A DNA stretch of 64,000 nucleotides from an uncultured Planctomycetota bacterium. Its GTDB lineage: Bacteria; Planctomycetota; Planctomycetia; Gemmatales; Gemmataceae. Made by a program: the position numbers and the translations under genes. Under the pieces are notes generated by a model. The model was not told the DNA's origin. It ran no database searches and was given only the letters and a program-made list of their open reading frames with translations. The stretch spans positions 672,001 through 736,000 of the forward strand of contig CAWKHF010000005.1 in NCBI GenBank assembly GCA_963849325.1, given 5' to 3'. Below, piece by piece: positions 56,020-64,000 of the stretch (its first letter is position 1; each line of letters begins with the position of its first letter).

Positions 56020-57132
56020 ATGAATCGGCTCGCGTCGCCGTTCCCGTCGCGGCGGGGCTTCACCTTGATCGAGTTGCTGGTGGTAATCGCCATCCTCGCC
56101 GTGCTGCTGGCCCTTCTGCTGCCGGCGGTGCAGAAGGTGCGCGAGGCCGCCGCCCGCATGAAGTGTCAGAGTAACCTCAGGCAGCTGGGCCTGGCCCTGC
56201 ACGGCTTCCACGACGCCAACGGCTATTTGCCGGCCGGCATGGTCACCGAGGGGAACATTCAGGATTCGTACCACACCGGCTTCACCTACCTGCTGCCCTA
56301 CATCGAACAGGACAACATCCACCGCCTCTACCACTACGACAGACCCTGGTACGACGCCGACAACTACCCGGCCGTCGAGCAGCAGGCGCCGCTCCTGTAC
56401 TGTCCCAGCAACCGTAACGGCGGCGCCATGGACCTGTCGTCGTACATCGAGCAGTGGAGCAGCGCCATGCCGCCCTCGGTCGGTGCCAGCGATTACGTCC
56501 TGTGCAAAGGGGCCAACGCCGGTCTGTCCGCCGATCCGTCTCGGGTTCCGCTGGCGGCGCGAGGCCCGTTCAACATCAGCCAGGCCGACGGGAGCGTCAA
56601 CGCGCAGACGGGCCAGCTGCAAGGAGCGCCAACGCCGCGGTTCCGCGTCCGCCTGACGGACGTCAGCGATGGTCTGTCGTCCACCCTGGCCATCGGCGAG
56701 GCGGCCGGCGGCACCTCGTACTTCGTCATCGCCGACGTCAACGACCCCAGCCAGCCGGCGACCGAGCCGTTCGTCAACGGCCCGATACAGGCGGACCAGG
56801 CCTGGGGCGCCGCCAGCCTGGGCGACTCGTCGCACCCGTGGTACGCCGGTATCCTCGGTGTCACGGCCCAGTTCGGCCTGCCGTCCGACCCGCTGGACGA
56901 ACCCATGAACCGCCGGCCCGTGACGCCCTCGATCATTGGTGGCGATTCCTCCGGCTACAACGTCAGCGGACGCAACAAGGTCAGCGGCTTCCGTAGCCTG
57001 CATACGGTCGGCTGCAATTTTCTGTTCCTCGACGGCAGCGTCCACTTCCTGCCGCAGTCGATCCAGCCGGCCGTGTATCGCGCGCTCTCGACCTACGCGG
57101 GAGGGGAGACGATCTCCGCTATGGAGTTCTGA
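56020..57132 (+). CDS. DUF1559 prepilin-type N-terminal cleavage/methylation protein
   Basis: [13 protein letters not shown]...[28 protein letters not shown]9-DG C-terminal motif. Confidence 0.92.
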   Translation: MNRLASPFPSRRGFTLIELLVVIAILAVLLALLLPAVQKVREAAARMKCQSNLRQLGLALHGFHDANGYLPAGMVTEGNIQDSYHTGFTYLLPYIEQDNIHRLYHYDRPWYDADNYPAVEQQAPLLYCPSNRNGGAMDLSSYIEQWSSAMPPSVGASDYVLCKGANAGLSADPSRVPLAARGPFNISQADGSVNAQTGQLQGAPTPRFRVRLTDVSDGLSSTLAIGEAAGGTSYFVIADVNDPSQPATEPFVNGPIQADQAWGAASLGDSSHPWYAGILGVTAQFGLPSDPLDEPMNRRPVTPSIIGGDSSGYNVSGRNKVSGFRSLHTVGCNFLFLDGSVHFLPQSIQPAVYRALSTYAGGETISAMEF

Positions 57133-57147
57133 GGGAGAGGAGGAGCC

Positions 57148-57633
57148 ATGCCCCGACGATGGTCGCGATGGTTGTGGATTGCCCTGCTGCTGGGCTGCGG
57201 CCGAAAACCGCCTTACGAGGGGCGGAGTGTCGCCGAACTGGAGCGCATGCTGGACGACCCCAATCCGACGGTGCAGGTGCAGGGAGCGTTCGGCCTGGGC
57301 CAGCACGGCAGCGGCGCTCGTCCGGCCGTGCCGGGCCTGGTGCGCGCCCTGAAGTCGCCCGACGCCCTGGTGCGCCAGCAGGCGGCGCTCGCCCTGGGAC
57401 AGATCGGCGCGGACGCCGACGACGCCGTGCCGGCGCTGATAGCGGCGCTGCGCGACCCCGAGTGGACGGTGCGCCGCCAGGCGGCCGTGGCCCTGGGAAA
57501 GATCGGTCCGCCGGCCCACGCCGCCGAGACCGCTCTGCGTCAGTGCCAGGGCGATCCCCATACACTCGTTCGCAAGGCCGTGAGCGAGGCGTTGGCCCGA
57601 ATCCAGAGAACCCCAACCACACAGCGGCGGTAA
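57148..57633 (+). CDS. HEAT-repeat lipoprotein
   Basis: Lipobox LLGC; repeated VRxxAAxALGxIG. Confidence 0.82.
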   Translation: MPRRWSRWLWIALLLGCGRKPPYEGRSVAELERMLDDPNPTVQVQGAFGLGQHGSGARPAVPGLVRALKSPDALVRQQAALALGQIGADADDAVPALIAALRDPEWTVRRQAAVALGKIGPPAHAAETALRQCQGDPHTLVRKAVSEALARIQRTPTTQRR

Positions 57634-57654
57634 AGCGTTCCCCATCGATCCGGT

Positions 57655-58440
57655 TCATGGAGGAGGTGGTTGGAGGATTCGACCCGGATAGTGGGGTGCG
57701 ATCCACGTCCGGAACCAGGCGGGTAAAGAGTCGGCCGTCACCTTGAGTTGAAGTTCCGCCTCGGGCGTCAACTGGGCGAGCCAAATCGGCTCTGCGCCCG
57801 AGTTGTCGAACAGAAAACCTCGGTACGCATGGGAAAGGGCCTCCCCGGCAAGTTCGAGGCAGCGCTGATACCGTTCGACGATCTTGTCTTCAGGGACATC
57901 GTGTTCGCCGAGAGCGGCGCGATTCTTGACACGGTAAACGTTGAGGGAAGAGGATTCCGTGGCGATGAAGTACAGGTAAGTTCGATAACCAGCGGCGCCG
58001 GCGCGGGCGAAGAAGTCGATCTTGCTCCGATGGGACATTACGGTTTCAAAAGAGAAGGATTGGCCGGCGGACAACAATTCTTCACGAAGAAAGTCGGCAA
58101 CGGCCGCCGCAGTGTAGGCATCGGATAGCCGAACCGGGTCGATCAAGCGTCCATTGACCACCTGGGCGGTTGCGAGAAAGGGATGATCCGATCTCAAACG
58201 TCCTCCCGCGGCCAGGGCGGCGCGGATCTGCTCCACCGCAACGGGTCTCTTGAGGAGTCCTAACGAAACCCCTCTTCCTTCTTGCAGGTCGCGGAACAGT
58301 TCGTCGGCGTTGAGAAAGTGATGAAGTTGAAAGAGCCCGTCCGGTGTGTATTCTCGGGCGAGTTTCCGAACCAAACTGGTCTTACCGGACCCGTTAGGGC
58401 CGGCGAACATACGCAGGCGTTTCGGGAGGTCTGGAGTCAT
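57655..58440 (-). CDS. Zeta-toxin-like P-loop ATPase
   Basis: FAGPNGSGKT, NAD, FSFETVMS, RV..R...GEHDVPEDKI..RY, DNS. Confidence 0.8.
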   Translation of the reverse strand: MTPDLPKRLRMFAGPNGSGKTSLVRKLAREYTPDGLFQLHHFLNADELFRDLQEGRGVSLGLLKRPVAVEQIRAALAAGGRLRSDHPFLATAQVVNGRLIDPVRLSDAYTAAAVADFLREELLSAGQSFSFETVMSHRSKIDFFARAGAAGYRTYLYFIATESSSLNVYRVKNRAALGEHDVPEDKIVERYQRCLELAGEALSHAYRGFLFDNSGAEPIWLAQLTPEAELQLKVTADSLPAWFRTWIAPHYPGRILQPPPP

Positions 58441-58655
58441 TCGTGCGTGTGGCCTGCCTCCGTCTCCCCATGGAGGGGTTGAATGATTTCTTCCGTGCCG
58501 TCCGGATGCAGGGCCACGAGCGACGCACCTTTGACGATGAATACGGGTCGCCCTGCCGCAAACGCTGTCCGGCGAGCGTCTCGACCCACACGCCTCAAGG
58601 CGACGCGCAGCTGTTCATCGCTGAACTCGGGAGCGCCGGTAATGTCCTTCGACAT
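58437..58655 (-). CDS. Small basic protein coupled to the zeta-like ATPase (putative antitoxin)
   Basis: 72 aa, ATGA overlap, G.PV...G.LV.LHPDG. Confidence 0.55.
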   Translation of the reverse strand: MSKDITGAPEFSDEQLRVALRRVGRDARRTAFAAGRPVFIVKGASLVALHPDGTEEIIQPLHGETEAGHTHE

Positions 58656-59069
58656 GATAACGACTCGCTTGTCCGGAAACTCTCTCGGATTAGGCGCGGA
58701 AAGTTCTGTGTTGTTGAACGTCCGACTCAACACCTGCCTATAGGAAGTATAGGCACTCGGCACTACAAATCCAGCGTAGGATTCTCTGGCTTCTTTGAGA
58801 TGGTCCCAGAGGAGGCCCGTCCAACGCCGGAGACTCGGTGTGCGATTCTGTCGCGGGGATGGCGCAGCGCGTGCGAAAATGGAACACAGCCAGGCAGCTG
58901 ACTCCTGCCTCGCTATCAAGGACTCCTCCCTTTCTGGCATCCGAAACCTTTCTGTACCAAGGGACTAAATCATCTCCCGCCATCCCTTCCGCCGCGGGAA
59001 TATACGGCACTTCGTTTGCACATCTTTCTAAAAATTGGACATTCCTATCCAGAATGAGGAGTATTCACG

Positions 59070-60910
59070 ATGCGTTCTTCCCCGGAGTGGATCGATGCCC
59101 GCATCCAGAATCCCCGATTTGCTCCGCGCCGCTCCTCAGGTGCGGCCGGTACTCGACCGCTACGGGCTGCGCGGCTGCGGCGGACCCATGGGGCCGGCCG
59201 AATCTCTGGAGTTCTTCGCTCGCGCCCATGAAGTCTCCTTGCCGCGGCTGCTGGACGAGATCCGCGCGGCCTCGCGCCAGTCGGCCGCGCCGGCGCCGCC
59301 GGAGGAAGCTCCTTCCCTGGCCGATGCCATTTATCGGCCCTTCTTCAAGGCCGGCATCGCGGTTACGTTGACGCTGGGGGCGGTCTGGGGCGCCTACTTG
59401 CTCTTGCGGATTGCCTTCACCGGCTCGTTCCGGGCGGCCGGCTTGCACGAAGTCAACGCCCACGGTCATGCTCAGATCTTCGGCTGGGTGGGACTGTTCG
59501 TGATGGGCTTCGCCTACCAGGCCTTCCCGCGCTTCAAACACACAACCTTGGCTCGGCCTCGTCTCGCCTGGACCAGCCTGGTCCTCCTGCTCATTGGCCT
59601 GGTCGCCCGCTCCATCCTGGAACCGTTGGCCGGCGCCGTCGCCTGGGCCGGGACGGGGGCGGTTGCCGGCGCGGTGCTGGAGGTGGCGGCCATCGCCCTG
59701 TTCGTCTGGGTCGTCGTCGCCACCTGGCGAGGGTCCGGCAAACCGCTCGCCGTTTACGACTATTACATTCTCTGCGCGCTGGCCTGGTTCCTGGTCCAGG
59801 CGGTGTATGAGGCCGTTTACCTGGCGGCGACACTGCGGACGGCCGACGGCGAAGAGTTGATCCATCTGGTGGCGACCTGGCAAGGCGCCCTGCGCGACGT
59901 GCAGATCCACGGTTTCGCCTTGCTGATGATCCTCGGCGTCAGCCAGCGTCTTTTGCCCAACTTCTACGGCCTGCCCACGCTGAACCGGCGACTGAGCTGG
60001 CTGGGTCTCGCGGCGATCAACACGGCGGTCGTCGGCGAAGTCCTCGGCCTGGTCCTGCACCGCACGGCTGGACAGGCGTGGCTCGGATGGTGGTATGCCT
60101 CGACGTTGCTGCTGGCCGGCACGGTCGCCGCCCTGGTGTGGAACGGACGAGTGTTCACGGCGCAGGCGGAAGCCGACCGTTCCCTGAAGTTCGTGCGGGC
60201 CGCCTATGCCTGGCTGCTGCTGTCGCTGGCTATGCTCGTGCTGATGCCGGTTCACCAGCACGTCCTGCTGGCGTGGCTGGCGCCGGCGAGCGAGGCGGCG
60301 CGAATTCACTTCTCACACGCCTACTTCGGGGCCATCCGCCATGCCGTCACGGTCGGCTTCATCAGCCTGATGATCGTCGGCGTGGCCTCCCGCATCGTGC
60401 CCACGCTCAACGGCGTCGAGGCGGGCCGTCTGCCGCGCCTGCTCCTGCCGTTTGTGCTGCTCAACGCCGGCTGCGCTCTGCGCGTGTGCGGCCAGGTATT
60501 GACGGACTTCGTTCCCCAGGCCTTCCTCGTCACCGGCGTCAGCGGCGTGCTGGAGGTGTGCGGCCTGGCGCTGTGGGGTGTCCACCTGTGGCGCGATCAT
60601 GGCCGGCCATTACGGCGACGGACCCGAGCCGGAGAACGCCACGCTGGCGGGCGGAGCGCCGGTCGAGGCGCGGCACCGCGTCGGCGGCGTCCTCGATCAG
60701 GATCCCGAGTTGCTCGCCGTCTTTCTCGCCTTCGGTTTTCAGCCTCTGGCCAACCCGGTGCTGCGCCGGTCGCTGGCGCGTCGCCTCACCATCGCCCGCG
60801 CCTGTGCCATGATGGGCGTGTCAACGCAAGAACTGCTCGTGGCCCTCAACACCGCCCGCATGAGGCGGAAAGCGGGGCGAGTTCCGCTGTCGCTGTTGAC
60901 GAACGGCTGA
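59070..60910 (+). CDS. NnrS-like membrane protein with N- and C-terminal DUF1858-like domains (frameshifts)
   Basis: GAGGAG RBS; HGHAQIFGWVGLFVMGFAY, RHAVTVGF; terminal 'VL..YGL.GC' and 'VFLAFGF.PL.NP' domains. Confidence 0.72.
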
Positions 60911-60985
60911 TCCCACCGGACAACGAGGTCGATCGGTCGGATACCGATCCTCCCGTCCATGAACCTCCTATGAGGAGCACTCCCC

Positions 60986-61411
60986 ATGTTTACCCATGTC
61001 ATTCTTCGGGCCATCCACGGAGACCGGGGACACGAAGAATTCGTCCTGGCGAACGGGCGAACCTACGTTCTCGGCCGCGCTACCAATTGCGCCATCCGGT
61101 TGCACTCGCCCCTTGTGTCGCGGCATCACTGCCGGTTCGACGTTCACTCTCCCTTCGTTTCCTTCCGCGATCTCGGCAGCCGCAACGGCACCCTCCTCAA
61201 CGGCGAGGACATCGGCCATCGTAGCAAGGATTGCACCGCCGAAGAGGCGGACAACGCCGCGTCTACGGAGCACATCCTCGAGGAGGGTGACGTAATCCGC
61301 ATTGGTGACAATCTCTTCTGGGTCGATTTTGGCGACACGCCGGAAGACGAGGCGCCGGAGAGCGAGCGGGAGCAGTCCCTGCGAGCCGGAGACGTAAGCC
61401 TGATGGCTTGA
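60986..61411 (+). CDS. FHA domain protein
   Basis: LGRA, VSRHHC, DLGSRNGTLLNG, GDVIRIG. Confidence 0.88.
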   Translation: MFTHVILRAIHGDRGHEEFVLANGRTYVLGRATNCAIRLHSPLVSRHHCRFDVHSPFVSFRDLGSRNGTLLNGEDIGHRSKDCTAEEADNAASTEHILEEGDVIRIGDNLFWVDFGDTPEDEAPESEREQSLRAGDVSLMA

Positions 61412-61488
61412 AACGTCGGCGTCGCAGTCCGCAGTGTCCGCGAGGGCTTTTCCTCGCGGACGCTGCGGACTCCGATGGATTGGCCAAC

Positions 61489-64000
61489 TCAATGATTGAA
61501 CTGGAACGCCTTCGAGTTGAGCAGCGCCCAGGCCAAATCCTGTGCCCCCGGCAGCCGCTTATCGACCGGCATCGGATGCTCGACGACAGCCTGACGCAGC
61601 CGCGGCAGTTCGGCGTCCATCGAGCGGTAGAAGTTGCTCAGCTCTGCTTTTTGCGGCGGCGTCCGCTGGGATGGATCGACGGCGAGGATTTTCACGATCG
61701 CCTCCGGCGGTCCTTTCAGCGACAAGGGCGTCTTGCTCGTCGTCAGCGATAGGCGGAAGCGGCCGATGTTGTGCTCCTTGCCGGGGAAGCTGCTGCACCA
61801 TCGTCACCGTCAGCGTCGCGCCGGCCGGCAGCGACAGAGGCGATGCCAGCTCGAACCAGGCCGTGTGCTTCTTGCCGAACTGCGGCATGATGGCCCAGCC
61901 GGTCGCCGGGTTGTTGTCGATGGCGTTGCCCACCGCGAAGCCCTGCTGCGCGAAGTCGGCCTGAGCGTTGCGCAGGGTGATCGGCTTGGGCTTCTTCTCG
62001 CCCGCCGGCGCGAACGCCAGCTTGAACTCGTTGAGGACGAAGTTGCCGTTGGGCGACCGGCCCGGACCCTTCGCCGGCAGGGATGGGTCGGACAGCACTT
62101 CCAGGCTGGATCGCCGTGATGCCGTTGAGCTTGGTTTGCGCCGTGATCGTGTACACCTCCGGCGACGGGTTCTTGCCGCTGGCCAGGATGGAGCCGTCCG
62201 ACTGCTTGGTCAGCGTCGCGCCGCCCTTGGAGGCGGCCTTGACGATCTCCAGCGGCGTCCACGTCGGCGGGACGGTGTGCTTGATGCCGTCCTCCCACTG
62301 CGCCTGCCGGGCGTCCAGACCCTTGTCGTAGGCGGCCAGGGCGTCCTGGTGCCGCTTCGCCTCGGTGATGAGCGTCTGATAAACCTGCCCCCCATCCCGG
62401 AGCGATTGCAAACCGACCTGCATCTCGTTCTTCGTCGGCAGACGGCCCAGGAAAGCGAGGAACATCTCCTCGACGACCTTGGCGTCGTTCTTCTCGGCCG
62501 CGACCAGCTTGGCGATGCGGTTCTTGGGGTCGTTGATGGCGTTGCCGACAACGGGCCGTTCACCAGGTTGAGGACCGGGCCGAACATCATGGTCGAGGAG
62601 CGCTCGCACTCGCAGGCACTCTCGCGGGCCGGCTTGCCGAACAGCACGAAGAAACCGCCCGGCACGTCGTCGCGCGAGTCGAGCATCTGCGCCGCCCGCG
62701 CTCCCGGCGGCAGGCCCGGCAGACGGCTCAGCGAGCCGGTCGCGCGATGGATGCTGTCGTACAGCACCTCCGCCGGCAGACGGCGGACCAGGGCGTGCGA
62801 GTAGTTGATGTCGTCGTCGCGGTTGAAAGCGTTGGTCCGCACCGACTGCTGATAGACGCGCGACTGGCAGATCGTCCGCAGCATGTGCCGGACGTCGAAG
62901 CCGCTCTTGACGAAATCGTCGGTCAGGGCGTCGAGTAGGGCGGGGTTGGTCGGCGGATTGCCGGCGCGGATGTCATCGACCGGCTCGATGATGCCAACGC
63001 CGAGCAGGTAGCTCCACAGACGATTGACGTAGCTCTTGGCGAAGTAGACATTCTCTTTCGACGTGACCCAGTGGGCCATCTGCTCGCGGCGGCTGGCGCT
63101 GGCCGGGGACACGTCCTTGTGCCGGTAGGGGAAGACCGGCGGCGCCACCTGGCCGGTGCGGATGTGGGTCTCTTCGCCGGACTTCTTGTCGGCGATGATC
63201 TCGACCAGCGGCGTCGCGCCCTGGACGGCCGTCCCGCTTCCGGCGACTTTTTGCCCCTTGAACTTGGGGTCTTCCTTGCGCTCGATCTGGGCGAAGAAGG
63301 CGGCGGTCTGGTAATACTGGTCCTGCGTCCAGCGCTCGAAGGGGTGATCGTGGCACTTGTTGCAGTTGAAGCGCACGGCCAGGAACAGCTGCGTCGTGTT
63401 CTCCATGACCGCGTCCGGGTCGCGCAGGACCTTGAAATAGCTGGCGGCCGGGTTGTCCATGTTGGAGCCGCTGGCCGTCAAGATGTCGTAGACGAACTTG
63501 TCATACGGCTTGTTGGCGACGATGGCGTCGCGGATGTATTTGCGGAAGGCGGCCGCCCCCGGTTCGCCGAGGAACTTGCGGTTGACTTGCAACAGGTCGG
63601 CCCACTTGTTCGTCCAGTGCTCGATGAACTCGGGATTGCCGATCAACTTCTCGACCAGGGCGTCGCGCTTGACGCGCGTCGGCCGGCTGTCGGCGAGGAA
63701 GGCGCGAACGTCCGACGGCTCGGGCGGTAGGCCGGTCAGGTCGAGGTAGATGCGGCGGATGAACTCGGCGTCGGTACACAGCTCGCTGGGCAGGATCTTC
63801 ATTTGCCGGAGCTTGGCATCGACGAGCTTGTCGATGTAGCCGTGCTCCGGGACGTCGTGCCACTGGTAGCCGTCGCGCTGGCCCATGATGACGAGGCCGG
63901 CGGCGGCGTAGGCGCCCTCGTAGCGGGCCAGGATCGTCGTCTCGCCGCGGCGCACGGCCGTCACGGTGCCGGCCCGATTGACCGTCGCCACCTCGGTATT
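61489..64000 (-). CDS. DUF1549/DUF1553 protein with Ig-like domain, 5' end beyond window (frameshifts)
   Basis: [55 protein letters not shown]. Confidence 0.88.

Overview
GC-rich bacterial chromosomal window, almost certainly Planctomycetota and probably Gemmataceae. The taxonomic evidence is the planctomycete-type 16S 5' end, DUF1559, two DUF1549/DUF1553 genes, a TIGR03066-like gene and a TIGR04138-like gene. The backbone carries a stand-alone 16S rRNA gene, purQ-nadC-birA, mqnE, rpsT, an MMPL transporter, a DUF4129/DUF4350/MoxR cluster, hppA, a sigma-70 factor, pyk, an acyl-CoA dehydrogenase, an HtrA protease and others. About 18 genes show 1-2 nt frameshifts typical of long-read errors, so single-base observations need read-level checking. 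The richest region is 40.3-47.7 kb. (i) An AlbA_2 gene is followed by an attC site interrupted by a 1451-bp IS110/IS1111 element whose downstream non-coding region can be read by eye as a bridge/seek RNA with target, donor and handshake guides. (ii) A 3289-bp passenger-carrying transposon has 15-bp TIRs, a 9-bp TSD, a SWIM-zinc-finger + IS903-like DDE transposase, a predicted antisense RNA, a second small RNA, pyrE, and a tRNA with an Arg-type body but a Ser(GCT) anticodon. Elsewhere there is a three-way-junction RNA ahead of a decapitated DUF3800-like ORF, REP-like palindromes inserted in frame in proteins, and a two-gene segment that appears to have landed inside a tandem-unit palindrome. 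All family names come from recognising motifs by eye; no database search was run.
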